Assembly (NCBI RefSeq): GCF_036321535.1
Contig: NC_087437.1
Coordinates: forward strand, 116,128,001 to 116,192,000
From: Camelus dromedarius
Taxonomy: Eukaryota
DNA length: 64,000 nt
Direction of reading: 5' to 3'
Part shown: piece after piece, positions 1-12,069 of the stretch
How positions within the stretch are numbered: position 1 is the first letter of the stretch
How the letters are laid out: the number at the start of each line of letters is the position of its first letter
Position numbers and translations under genes: made by a program
Notes under the pieces: generated by a model
The model's input: only the letters and a program-made list of their open reading frames with translations
What the model was told of the DNA's origin: nothing
The model's database searches: none

Positions 1-80
1 TGTGAAGATTAAATGAGGAGTGTTCTAATGACAAAGGAAACAAACAAGAAGTAAAGCAAAATAAAAAACCAACATGGGGT

Positions 81-577
81 TGTGCAAAGGACTGGATATC
101 TGTGTCCCTACAAAAGTCGTATGTTGAATATAATGGAAAAGAATCTGAAAAGAAAACACATATATGTATGTATATGGATAACTGAATCACTTTGCTGTAC
201 ACCTGAAACTAACATTGTGTATCAACTGCACTTTAATAAAAATTTAAAAAAATTGACGATTCAGGTAAACATGAAATAAGTCATATGTTGACATTTGAAC
301 CCCAGTGTGATGGTATTAGGAGGTGAAGTCCTTGGGAGGTGATTAGGTCATGAGGGTGGAGCCCTCATGAATGGGATAGTGCCCTTGTAAAGGGACCCCA
401 GAGAGCTCCCTCTTTCTCTCCTTCCACAATGTGAAGACACAGTGAGAAGCTGGCAGTTTGTAACCAGACACTAACAATGCTTGCACCCTGGTCTCGAACA
501 TCCAGCCTCCAGAACTGAGAAATATGTCTGCTGTCGATAAGCCATCAGTGTGTGGTCAGCCTGCACTGAGTGAAACA
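81..577 (+). mobile_element. MaLR solo LTR (MLT1A-like), interrupted by an L1 3' fragment
   Basis: Typical MLT1A text (tgtgtccc..aaa..catatgttga, ggtgattaggtcatgagggtggagccctcatgaatgggat, ccagcctccagaactgaga); TG...CA ends. Confidence 0.85.
128..252 (+). mobile_element. 5'-truncated L1 3' end (cetartiodactyl type)
   Basis: ataactgaatcactttgctgtacacctgaaactaaca plus A-rich tail; flanking 14-bp TSD aagtc(g/a)tatgttga at 114-127 and 278-291. Confidence 0.85.
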
Positions 578-1844
578 GGTGGTGGGTCAGAAGTCTCTGA
601 TTCTCTGCTCCCAGCCCTGGGATTCAGCAGCTGTGGAACAGCAGGCATGCTTCACAGGACTGCCCGTAGACTCCTAATCTAAATCAGAATCAGAACCGTG
701 GCCCCTGCCAACTTTAAAAGGTTGGACAACAGAGACAAAATGAGATCACTGCACAAAAACATTTTGTAAACTAAATGTTATAGAAATAATTCATTTGGGT
801 ATGACCTTGAAATTAAAAAAAAAATGCCTGCATGGAAATTTCTTCTGCTTCTCACTGCTACCTTTCCCCCTTATGGAAAAATATTTTCACGAGCTGTTTG
901 GTTCAGTTTGAAAGATAGATGTAGAGAGAGTAATTCTTCAACCATAATTGATGTCAAGCAAAGTCAGAAACTCTCTTGATTTATTGGAGTCTAAATCCCC
1001 TTAGTTATGAAAGCCAAATGCTTGTGATTGTGTTTTGTAAATTCTAATGCTCAATGCATAAATATATATATATACACACATATGTACATATATATATATA
1101 CATGTATATATTAATTTCTCTCTTACTTATTAGAGCTCATTTTTCTAATCTTTTTGCTGCTGTTATACTTTTCTCTAGTGAGTTAACAAAGTCCATTCAT
1201 TATTCCTGGATTCAGATACCTCTGCGGGGATTCTGATATATCTATAACTATAGATGTAGAGAAAATATGTATGTATTTCCTGCCTGGTTCCAAAGGATCT
1301 CAATTAGTTTATGCCTACCCTGTCCATTTATCTTATGAGTTTTCTTTTGCATTAACCATCTTCTCACCTTTTGCATTAACTTTGCCTTGGAGACATCAGT
1401 TCCACTCCTATTTAAGACAAAAATGATATCCAATTTTACATCTAGTAAAGTAATGCCTTGTGATTCACAACAAACTTCAAGATTTTCCTTGCTGAGTGAG
1501 CTTATCTCAAGGTCCCTGGAAAGTGTTTAACTCTTCATATTTAGAGATTGCTGTTGTTAAAAATTGCTTCTGCACACATACTTGACCTCACTGGAGCTTC
1601 ATTTATACATACAAGAAACAATACCTACAATGAGGTACTTTTACACGTATCTTTTCATCCCTTCTATAAGGGAGAAAACCGCCAATATTTGAAAGAGGTC
1701 AAGTCCAGTACTGATTGCCTAGTAAACAAGACAGCCAGAACTGAACCCGTCTGTGTCAAAACCTAAATCTCTTGCTTTCAAGATTTTCTCTGTCTTTGTC
1801 TTCCTGTAGTTTAAATAAGATATGCCTAGATACATTCGTTTGTT

Positions 1845-2080
1845 TGTTTTTTTTATTTTTTATTGAGATGTGATTGATAAACAACATCCTATTAGTTTCA
1901 GGTGTACAGCATAATGGTTCAATATTTGTACATATTGCAAAATGATCATCACAGTACGTCTAGTTAACATCTGCCACCATACATAGTTACAGAACTATTC
2001 TTTTCTTCTGATGCAAACTTTTAAAATTTGCTCTCTTGGCAACTTTCCAATATGCAATACAGTATTAACTATAGTTGCCA
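1845..2080 (-). mobile_element. L1 3' end fragment (L1MA-like)
   Basis: T-rich tail then ttagtttcaggtgtacagcataat...caatatgcaatacagtattaactatag, the reverse complement of an L1 3' UTR. Confidence 0.8.
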
Positions 2081-2633
2081 AAAATAGGTGTAGGTGCCCG
2101 AGGTCTCAAATATCTCTAGTTCTTGTTGTTGTTTCCCCTCTTGACTTTGCACTTTCTGTGTCAATTTCTTCCGTGCTGCTTTGCGGTTGTTATGCTGGAG
2201 GCTGTTGACATGGTGGTAAGGTGTAAGGGAGGAGAAGCCTCCTAAAGTCTCATGAATAAACTTCAGTCTTTTAACGGTTCTGGGTCTGGGAGCTGTGACC
2301 TTCACAAGTGTTCTTGCATTGTTACCTCCACTGGCATATCCCCCCTGCCTCTACCCTCTTTCCTGGCTGCAGCATTCCCAATCTTTTCCCTTGAAGCCAC
2401 GATCCTTGTTTGCCATGATTTCTTTATCCTCTGTCCATGAAGACAGGACGTTTAGAGGCTGCTGCAATGGGAGGAAAGCCCTTCCCCTCGTTGAGATATG
2501 TCTCTAGCAAAGCCTTTTTCCAGGGAACACAGGATTTGGCTGTGGACTCATTTCACAAAGATTGCTCTTCCTCTGCCTTTGCCAGAGCTGTAAGGAGATC
2601 TCTCGTGTTTTCATCTTGAGAACCATGAGTTTC
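2081..2633 (-). pseudogene. Decayed coding exon (most 3' visible exon) of an unidentified multi-exon gene
   Basis: Acceptor ctttctctctag|GAA at 2633; phase-0 frame ETHGSQDENTRDLLTALAKAEEEQSL*NESTAKSCVPWKKALLETYLNEGKGFPP... with TGA 2555-2553 and TAA 2426-2424; 3' boundary uncertain (abuts L1). Confidence 0.5.
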
Positions 2634-2759
2634 CTAGAGAGAAAGCCCATGAAAGTGTGGGCCCCTCCCAGACTGTGGCCCTAAGGGGTTTCTCACTCTC
2701 ATGTTAGACCACAGTCAGCCCCCAGGAATTCAACAAAATTATCATTTGTGTGTTCCTAC

Positions 2760-3008
2760 CAGTTTATAATTCTGCTGGCTTCTGTTTTCAGGTAAGCAGA
2801 TCTAGGTTGTGTCAGTCTTCACATCTGAGGAGGGCAGTTTTCCCTGCAACCTCAGTTCTTTCACGGCTCCAAGAAAGGTCATTGATTTTCCAAGAAAGGA
2901 GTTCAGCCTTTTTGTGTTGTAAGGATACAATGCTTTCCAAGTCCTTTCCTTTTCAGAGGTAAACAGAGTCCCAAGTCTTTTCTTTGACTTGAGAGCCTTC
3001 ACCAGGTT
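2760..3008 (-). pseudogene. Decayed coding exon, 249 nt, phase 0-0
   Basis: Acceptor ttctttcttag|AAC, donor CTG|gtagga; NLVKALKSKKRLGTLFTSEKERTWKALYPYNTKRLNSFLGKSMTFLGAVKELRLQGKLPSSDVKTDTT*ICLPENRSQQNYKL, one TAG at 2804-2802. Confidence 0.6.
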
Positions 3009-3192
3009 CTAAGAAAGAAGCAGCAAAGTCTATAAGTAAACCAGCCTGTAATTCTTGCTAGTTAGTGAAGCCATTTCTGTCTCAGTAAAGAGGAGAGAAA
3101 TGCCGGTGCAGCAACTTCTCTATCTGCCCGTCCTGTATGGAGGAAGGGGGCTTGCACAGGACTAGCTTTGGGGCATAAACTCTTGGGCTCAC

Positions 3193-3336
3193 CATCCTGG
3201 AAGGGGACAACGGTCCATGCAGCCCAGGGTCCTGTCTGACTGTGGCTATTAGGGGCGCTCTGTGAGGGACTGGGACCCTCAGAGATGGGCAACCCCCAGA
3301 CACTTCCTTCCTCCTGGCCAGTCATGAATCTATTGT
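3193..3336 (-). pseudogene. Decayed coding exon, 144 nt, phase 0-0
   Basis: Acceptor tgtttgtgcag|ACA, donor ATG|gtgagc; TIDS*LARRKEVSGGCPSLRVPVPHRAPLIATVRQDPGLHGPLSPSRM, one TGA at 3324-3322. Confidence 0.6.
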
Positions 3337-3539
3337 CTGCACAAACACAGGAACCTGTACAATCACAAAATCACAGCATGTTGGAACGTGAAAGAGGATA
3401 GAGACTGGTCCTTTATGTCAATATTTAAATCCTGTTGACTTTTATAAAGGTGCAAATGTCCAAAAAAAGAAAGATAAAGCAGTAGTGAGAGTGGGAAAAT
3501 GAAGGCAGGCAACATCCATTTATTCCCTTTCTGTCTTGC

Positions 3540-3629
3540 CTTTGAGGCGTTTGTGAACATATCATAAAAGTACGCAGCCCACACATCTGCGATCACCTCC
3601 GTCACCCCTCCGTTCCACCCGAGACAGCA
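3540..3629 (-). pseudogene. Coding-like exon, 90 nt, phase 0-0, GC donor
   Basis: Acceptor ttcttgccctag|TGC, donor AAG|gcaaga; stop-free CCLGWNGGVTEVIADVWAAYFYDMFTNASK. Confidence 0.6.
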
Positions 3630-4682
3630 CTAGGGCAAGAAGCAAGGAAGACGGTGATGCACCTCTTGTTCATTGGTTCAGATGATAGGAAGGCTGTAAC
3701 GAGACAGAAGAGGGGTAAGGTAGGGCAAGAAGAATAAGCCCACGGGTAAAAGAGAGTTTTTATGCAAGACTTTGGATTCCTCACCATGAGTCATCTGAGG
3801 ATACTTTTGAAAATGGCATTTTTGTTTTGTTTGTCTGGAACGTTATATAACTTCTGTCTTCTGCTTGGTTACCCTGAAGTCCTAGCTGTCAGAGTAGAAG
3901 GGACCCAAAAGCTGACCTAATTTAGGGCCCCTCCACTGTGCTGGACTCCTCTGATCACCAGGGACCAGCCGACCCCTGCTGAGACCCCCAGTGCCAGGGG
4001 GCTCGTTAATCTCCAACCAATTTACTTCATGTTTCACAGCTTCAGTTGTTAGAAAGTTCTTTCTTTCACTGAACACAATACTATTCCTGTATAAATCCAT
4101 GAATTTTTCTTAATTTATTGCACAAAATAAATATACTTGACATTTGAGGTGGCATATAAACTTTGAACACATTGGACGTCTTTTTTTTTTTTTTTGAGAA
4201 AAACTTTGGATGAAATTTGACAATCCTTTTTTTTTCACTTTCTTGAATCTCAAAATAGATGAATCAAAACGCCTAGCCTCACTCATTTAAGGAGTTCAGT
4301 AAACTGACCTATAAATAAAGCCCAGTCAAAGAGGCTGGGAACTTAGCACACAGAAATGTCTGTATTTCTCCCCAGGGAGTGGATGAACACGTGTCCCTGT
4401 GGGGCCCTCAGGGCAGGAGTCTGCCCTCAGTCTGTGGGGATTAGAGCCCGTTTTCTCAGTCTAGAGTGGTAAGTGAATATTAATTGCATGAAAGAGATGA
4501 ATTACATTACAGGAAGCATTTCCAATTCCAACTCTTAAGATACACATGAAAATTGGCAGCTGTGTGTATGTTTTAAGAGAGCATGTTACATTTAATATTA
4601 GAGGAGGAGTGTCAGATTGAATTGTGATAGATGGGACAGACATGAGTTCTCTAAATGTCCTCCTTTTCAGAGTGACACGGAC

Positions 4683-4804
4683 CTTGAATTAGAAAAACCA
4701 GGGGCAAATGACAGGCGTGGCGACATTCTTGTACCAAACGTGGATTTCAGGCAGGCTGTTTGTTCGGAACTCGGCCAAGCCTGACCCTTGTGGGAGGCGG
4801 CGCG
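4683..4804 (-). pseudogene. Decayed coding exon, 122 nt, phase 1-0
   Basis: Long pyrimidine tract ...ccttcccctctcag|CG, donor AAG|gtccgt; RRLPQGSGLAEFRTNSLPEIHVWYKNVATPVICPWFF*FK, TAA at 4691-4689. Confidence 0.55.
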
Positions 4805-5203
4805 CTGAGAGGGGAAGGAAGGATGTGGAGAGAGGAAAAAGCTTGGGAAACTTGGATCCAAGAGAAAATGGTCCTGGAAGCAAAGCAGAGCTTCTTAATC
4901 TCCTTCTGTTGGGAACAGCCGTGAACAGGGACAGCGGCCATGACAAGAAGTGAGCTCCAGCTCGGGGCGTCAGTGGGGAGAGCTGCGGAAAGGGTCTGTA
5001 ATCTAGAAGCTTGATTTCATGCATTCAGACCTTGGTACCTGAGCCCTGCGTACACACAAAACACACCAACTGAGTACTGAGAGATGAGGCACCCACACCC
5101 AAGGGAAAGAGAAAAACGCCAATTTACGACATACCTCACTCAGTAAAGAAATTCAGGACTGGTGGGAAGAACTTACTCTGAGAGATTAAGTTTATTGATT
5201 TTT

Positions 5204-5339
5204 TTCCCTAAATTTTAATTTATTTTTTTATTCTTTTCGGTGGGGGAGGTAATTATTTTAACGAAGGCACTGGGGATTGAACCCAGGACCTCGTGCATGC
5301 TAGACACGCACTCTACCCCTGAGCTATACCCTCACCCCC
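5204..5339 (-). mobile_element. Vic-1-type tRNA-derived SINE (camelid)
   Basis: gggtatagctcagg..gtagagtg..gcatgcacgaggtcctgggttcaatccccagt on the minus strand with A/B boxes; perfect 16-bp TSD aagtttattgattttt at 5188-5203 and 5340-5355. Confidence 0.92.
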
Positions 5340-6635
5340 AAGTTTATTGATTTTTAAAACTAAAATGTGAGTCACTTTGTTTAAAATATTAAACGTGGTA
5401 GGAATAATAATGTCTTTGTGATGATTCAAATTCAAACTTGTCTGTCATAGAGAATGTCTAGAGACATCATGTTTGAAGAAAACAATGGTTAGGTGACTAA
5501 AGATAGTAATTACTTTCTGAGAAAAAAATGATCCATCACTTGTAAAATCTTCTCTCTTCATAGAAATTTATTTGACATAAGCCTATTTCATTTCCTTACG
5601 CTCACTTTTGATTAAACAAAGCAACATTAGTCATTCTTTATTGACTCATTGGATTTCTAGAAATATCGGAAGCAACACTACAACAAAATCTAACTGAATT
5701 GAGGTTGAGCTGTTTTTAAAATGAGATTTTCTTATCTTAGAATGTTCAAAACCAATTTACCTTCTTCAAAGGCTGACAAAAAGGAAAGTTCTTGGTGCTT
5801 CACTTTGAAGAAAAACTTCTTGATTTCAAATATGTAAGGAAAAGGGTTCTATGCATATTTTATCTCATCACAGACACACACAGCTATTGGTTTCTTTGTG
5901 AACATTATAACTAGAGTTGCCTGATGATCACTTAATATAACACACTAACTACAATCACAGTTGTCCAAGTGAGTTATTTAAGGCGCAAATACATTCAGAG
6001 TCTCAAATAGGTTACATACTCATTCTCTTAGTCAATCTTCAATAGTAATTCAGAGATTAATATCTATTAGTTTAGAAGTTTCTTGGGAGAGGTACACAGA
6101 GGGCAGAAACCACTCTTGTTTCTTATGGGGCTGAGTCTGTAGTGAAAACTTATTTGAAAAAAAAATAGTAATGAGAGATTGCAGATTAATCTTTACTTTC
6201 TAACCTAGTGGCTGAGCAAAACTTTGAGGTTTATTGGTCTCTCTTTGCCCAGTGTTGATACAGCAGTTACTATATTTATGTAAGTATACTATACATATAT
6301 TATATACGTGACTATAATTTTGCCCCCATCGTAAACAAAAGCAAACATTTAGGGTACGCTCTTCCAAATTAAAAGCAGAGGCAGCATCCCCTGCTCCTAA
6401 AGCTGAATCTCTCCACATGTCCTTCAAAAAGCATGCAGACCAACGAGAATCACAAAAAACAAGTCCCTTTTATTGTGATAACCCTCATGGCAGTAAAATT
6501 AGGAGACAAAGAATGATATAGACTGTAAGTGTGATGGGGGAGCACAGTCCACACCAAAAGATTCCAGGCTGAGCAAAGAGAGGGGCCAGGCTGGAAAGGA
6601 AGAGATAAGTAAGACTGCAGTGGGGATGTAGCCTC

Positions 6636-7137
6636 TGTGGGGTGGGGGCAAGTGTTCCTTGACCCTCTTAGGGCCCCTGGATGGGTTTGAAACTCAATCT
6701 GACAGAGACAGACCAGGGAGCCTTTTTTCAAAATGAAGACCCGAAGAAACCGCTAGAGCTGTGTATTTTTATGTAGGGCGTCTGGGCGTGATAAAGAGTG
6801 GCTGGTGGTGGAGGAACACGGTAGCTTAAGCAGGATGAAGAAAGTGCAGTAACCCGGGGAGACTAAGCAAGGCCTGGGTGTTAGGGTTCTTCTTGGTGCC
6901 CCTTTGTTTTTGGAGATAAAGATTCCTCTTTCTTCTGAGCATCTTCCAGGAGGATGGGGGGCACCTCTCACAGGAAGATTTTATGATTCTTCCCCCAACA
7001 GTGTTTCAGGAAAGAAGAGTGAGGAGAGGAGGAAGTCAGAGTGACCTTGCTTGGCCATTTTATCCAATTCCTAGAACTTAAAATATTTAATATTCCAATG
7101 TGCCGTATTTGGGGGTAGTATGTCCTGAACCCCAGCA
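6636..7137 (-). mobile_element. ERV1-class solo LTR (MER34/MER39-like)
   Basis: Minus strand starts tgctggggttcaggacatactacccccaaatacggcac; TG...CA ends; no TSD seen. Confidence 0.7.
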
Positions 7138-8604
7138 TGGTGGTGGAGTGAGAAAGCACCCCCAGGAGGGAGAGACTTCTCCAGAGACGGGCGATGTGGA
7201 GACCAGGTCAGAGGTCTCGTGGCTTGGAGCACAGGCTACCGTGGGACTGAAAGGAAGAGGCTCGAAATCCATAGGAACAGAGGTGTGAGTCTTCCAGGAA
7301 AGAGGGAAGCACTGTGGAGGGTGAAGGGGAAAAGGGCAGCAAAAGGCAGGGGCTACAGGGGAAAAAACACGATGTTACACGTCAGAAGGCACTTGACCAC
7401 CCCTGCAAATTAGAAAACAGTGAAAAGGCAGGTCCCACTTACAAGGGCCAAAGTAAGTAAACAAATACACTGACTTTTAAAAAGAAATGAAAAACACTTA
7501 GAAATAAATGTCACAAGAAATGGGAAAAAAAAATGAGGAATACTAAAAACACTCCTGAAAGACACATAACAGACTTGAACAACAAGGAAGGTCCTCCTTA
7601 TCCACAGACAGAACAACTCAACATTACAGACCTGTCCATTCTTCCTGAATCAATGCGTAAACTGAATACAATTATAAGAAAAATACTAACACGTTTGTGT
7701 TTTCCTTTGGGCTAGACATTTGATTCTAAAATTCATATGGATTTAAAAAAAATGCAATAATCGCTAAGGAGACCCTGAAGGGAAGTGGAAACCATCTTAA
7801 CCCTGTGTGGTGTTATAACTTGCCATCAACCTTCAGCAATTAAAACCATGTGGAAATGTTCCATGAATAGACAGACCAATGGAACAGAATAGAAAATCCA
7901 GAAACAGATCTAGCTCTGTGGTAAGTTTATATGTGATAAAGGATGCATTTCAAATCACTGGATAAGTTATGAGCTTTCCTGTGAATGGTGTTGGGACCCC
8001 TAGGTTCATTTGTAAGAGAATAAAATTGGATCCATACTTCACATAAGAAGAAACCCCAAATGATCGGTGATCTAAGTGTAATGCTGAAACCATGTAAATA
8101 CTCAAATAAAACATTATCTTGGAAGGAGGAAAAGACTGAAAATCCAGCTACAATAGAAGATTGATAAATTCAATTCTGTCCATGTGTGCGTGTTAATGTA
8201 GCAAATAGAAGCAATGATCAAAGCTAAAATAAAAGGTCACGCTTTTCACCTGAAGAATTTAAATCTGCAAATCAAAATGCTTCACCTATTTTTATGTGAA
8301 AAAACAGACAGAGATCAATCTCTAGATGCAACTCTGTGAAATTTGTAAATCTCAAGGCAAAAGGTCCACCCTGCAAGTATTTGAGCTGAAAAGTCCATTT
8401 ACCTACAAATTAAGAAAAACAATTCTTGTCGCAGACTTTTCCATGGTAATGAACACCAGATATAAATAAGAGTAACATTTACAGAGATTTAAAAGGGAAA
8501 GGTTGTAACCCAGGAATCTAGACTAAACACATTTTTCTTCATCTGCAAAGACAAAAGTAAATAGTCAAGGAGTCCAAAAGTAGTTCACTTCCATGCCATT
8601 TCTT

Positions 8605-8629
8605 AAGAAAGAAAGGAAGAAAGAAAGAA

Positions 8630-8713
<84 letters not shown>
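8605..8713 (+). repeat. Compound microsatellite (GAAA)n(GCAA)n
   Basis: Directly visible. Confidence 0.95.
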
Positions 8714-9179
8714 CAAAACTGAGTATGTATCATAGCAAAGTAAAAGCTTGAGAATATAGAAATTATGGTAGGTAAGTTAGAGAAAAATCAAATATATTTT
8801 AATTGTAACAATTATTAAATACTATTGAAAACATAGTGCATATATTTGTAAATACTCCTGAAAGTGAAAGTAGCATGTCTCTTTCCCTCCCTCCCTCCCT
8901 CCCACACTCACATGCACACACACATACACTTTTAAAATCCCAGGTTATCGCAACCAAAGTTAAAAATTATATGGAGGAGAAGAGCAAGGAAATAAAAAGC
9001 TGCCAATTTTAAAATTTTATGTAAAGAAGCATCAGTAGAAACTGTCTTTAGTTGGCAATAGTAATTAAATATATTTCAATTCAAGTGCACGTTTTAAGGT
9101 TTAAAGAAGCTTACCAGATAATTAAAAAATATATGTATATGTATTTCAAGTTATTAGATGTAAAAAAATTTAAAAATTA

Positions 9180-9440
9180 ACCATACTTTTCCTGGTCACC
9201 TTCCCACAAAGTTCCTCCCGTGTGCAGAAGCTCCCCAGACCCCTTTTCTGTTTTTGGTACCTAAACCTGAGTTCTAACCACCACTCCGGGTGACTGAGTG
9301 GTCCTATGTGTGCACGCACGATGTGCTTGTTAATAAAATTCTATTTGGTCTTCTCCTGTTAGTCTGCCTTTTGTCAGTCTAACCTAGAGGTCCCAGCAGG
9401 AGACCCTCGGATGAGTAAAGGAAGAGATTTTCTCCCCTCA
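9180..9440 (+). mobile_element. ERV1 LTR 3' fragment (MER34-like)
   Basis: aataaa...tctcctgttagtctgccttttgtcagtct...ttttctcccctcaca, similar to the end of the LTR at 10635-11174. Confidence 0.65.
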
Positions 9441-10229
9441 CATCAGGAGAGGGGAAAACAGTTGAATTGATTAATTCATAAATCTGAAATCTAGTTATCT
9501 GAATAATAAAAATGCAACAAAAGACACAAATTCACTTTTAATTTTTACTATTTTAATTCAATAAATTTGATTCAAATAAAAATACATAAATGTGGGAGTG
9601 ACAAAAAATGACTACAGATTCAGAGGAAGCTACAAAAGTAAGGGTGACTTTAAAAATACACATTCCATAAATAAATTTGGTATTTTTATGAAAAGGACAA
9701 TTTTCTGGCCAAGTATAAATGACAAAGCTTTACTTAAGAAGAGCCAGAAAACTTGAATAGGCCAATTACTATTGCATGTTACTGAGAAGATTATTCAGAA
9801 AATAGAAAATTTACTCCAAAAACGTTCACGTTGAGGAGGTTTCATATAAAATACTTTATACTGTATACAATACAACACATATGCATAATGTATACATATG
9901 AATTTAGATATAAATCTCATTTTTATGAATTAGACTCACTTGATACCAGAGAAAGCACCAAAACCATGCAACTAAAAAAAAAATGGCATATGAGACACTC
10001 TCACATATGAATATAGGTGTAAAAATTCTAAATGAAATTCTAACAAATCAATTTCAGTGCAAAATTAAAATGAGAACATACCATGGTCAAAGAGAATTAT
10101 TCCAAGAATACGAGGATCACTCCATGTTAGGAAATCTAACAACTTAACGTATCTCATCTATAGTTTAAAGTAAATGCTACACAGTGATCTCTATGTATGA
10201 CGAAAATGCATTCAGAAAATTAAGACGTT

Positions 10230-12050
10230 TTAAAAAAATTAATAGACTTTATTTTTTAGAGGACTTAAAGGTATATCAAAAAATTAAGTAAAAAGTACAG
10301 AAAGATTCCACCTGGTCTCTCCCCCTGCCACAATTTCCTCTATTATTAGTGTATAGCATTTGCTGGGTACGTTTGTTACAGGTGATGAGCCAATACTGAA
10401 ACATGTTTATTAAAGTCCTTAATTTCCATTAGGGTCCACACTTTGTGTTGCACCTTCTATGGGTTGTGACAAATGTCTAATGGCATGAATCCACCGCTGC
10501 ATGTCACACAGAATAGTAGCTTCACTGCCCTAAAGATCCCCTGTGCTTCACTGACTCATCTCTCCCTCCCCACCAAGCCCCTGATCTTTTCACTATCTCC
10601 ATAGTTTTTAATTTTCCAGAATGCCACATAGTAGTGAAAGGTAGAGAATATGCCACCCCAAAATGTGACTGTAGGAGTTCAGGACAGGACACCCCAAAAT
10701 ATGTTTTTCAGTACCTTGATGATTGTGAGCCGGGGGCGTTAGAAAAACAGCCAAGGCAGGGAGAGGCTTTCTCTGAACTCCCCTTATCTGCCCAAACACA
10801 GATCCTCCAAAAGGAACTCAGCTGTCACAATCCCCTCCGTGCTGGTCATGGGAGAGGAGATTAGAAGCCAACAGCACACCTGGTCACCAACTGTTACGCC
10901 TCTCACCTACTATTCTAGAGGTCCCCACTGCCTTTCCTAAAAATCCCGTACTCTTCCCTACCTCCCCCCTTCCTTCCCCTCTTAAGATGGTATTTAATCC
11001 TCAATTCTAAGCTACCTTGGGGAGTTCCTCATTCTTCCTGGTCTCTCCCATGTATATATGAGCCAGACATTCTCATAAACTTCTGTTTGTTTTTCTCTTG
11101 CTAACCTGTCTTTCACCACAAGTCTCAGCTAAGAACTCAGAAGGGTAGAGGGAAATTATTTTTTCTCCCCTGCAGTAGGAATCGTCCAGTGTGTGGCTGT
11201 TTCAGATTGGCTCCTTTCAATCAGCAGTATGTGTTTAAGGTTCCTCCATGTCTTTTTGTGGCTCACAGTGCATTTCCTTTCATTGCTGATTAATATCGCA
11301 TTCTCTGGATGGACCACAGTTTGTTTATACACTCACCTATCAAAGGACACCTAGATTGCTTCCAAGTTCTGGCAATTATAATTAAAGCCGCTACAAACTT
11401 TCATGTGCAAGTTTTGGCCTGAAAGTAAGTTTTCAGTTCTTTTGAACAAATCCCATAGAGGGTGATTATTGGGTCACGTGCTAAGAGTACGTTTTGCTTT
11501 GTAAGAAACTGTCAAACTGACTTTCAAAGTTGCTCGACCACTTTGCATTCCTACCAGTGATGAATGAGTCTCTGTTGTTCCACATCCTCCCCAGCACCTG
11601 GTGGTGTCACTGTTCTGGATTTTGACCATTCTAATACAACGGTGTACAATGGTATGTCTTCGTTTTAATTTACAGTTCCCTAATGATGTTGCTCATCTTT
11701 TCATATGCTTATACATCTTATTTGGTAAGGTATGTGCTCAGAACTTTTGCCTATTTTGAGGTTTTTGTTTTCTTATTGTTGAGATTTGAGAATTCTCTGT
11801 ATATTTTAGATACAAGTCCTTTATCCAATATGTATTTTGAAAAAAAACTTCCCAGTCTGTGGCTTGTTCTTTTATTCTCTTAACAGTATCATTGTCAAAA
11901 GTTTTTTCATTTTAATGAAGTCCAGCTTATCTCTTTTTTATTTTACTGATTATACTTTTAGATCTAAGAAGTCATTATTAAACCCGAAGTCACCTAGATT
12001 TTCTCCTATGTTATCTTCTGGAAGTTTTACAAGATGCACTTTTTAATTAA
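10230..12050 (-). mobile_element. L1 3' region (L1M-type), split by an LTR
   Basis: Reverse-complement L1 3' text (gtaagaaactgtcaaactg..ttcaaagt, ttgcattcctaccag, tatattttagatacaagtcctttatc). Confidence 0.85.
10635..11174 (+). mobile_element. ERV1 solo LTR (MER34-like) nested in L1
   Basis: TG...CA ends, 4-bp TSD GTAG (10631-10634 and 11175-11178), gaatatgccaccccaaaat start. Confidence 0.85.
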
Positions 12051-12069
12051 AAAAAAAAAAATAAAAGCT

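Larger units (their letters stand above)
7400..10220 (+). mobile_element. Old degenerate L1 fragments (ORF2/ORF1 remnants)
   Basis: A-rich; L1 ORF2-like text such as gacagaccaatggaacagaatagaaaatccagaaac, aaattggatccatacttcac and aacttgaataggccaat. Confidence 0.7.

Noticed and set aside
2760..4804. Alternative phase-1 reading of the same exons (…ECRHACHLPLVFLIQVLSRVE…)
   Set aside because: Has more stops (six over these four exons versus three) and does not enter the open frame of the 2633 exon
5204..5339. tRNA gene (also 35079-35209)
   Set aside because: tRNA-like head plus A-rich tail and TSDs indicate a SINE, not a tRNA gene
8539..8733. Hydrophobic ORF resembling a membrane peptide
   Set aside because: Translation of the (GAAA)n(GCAA)n microsatellite
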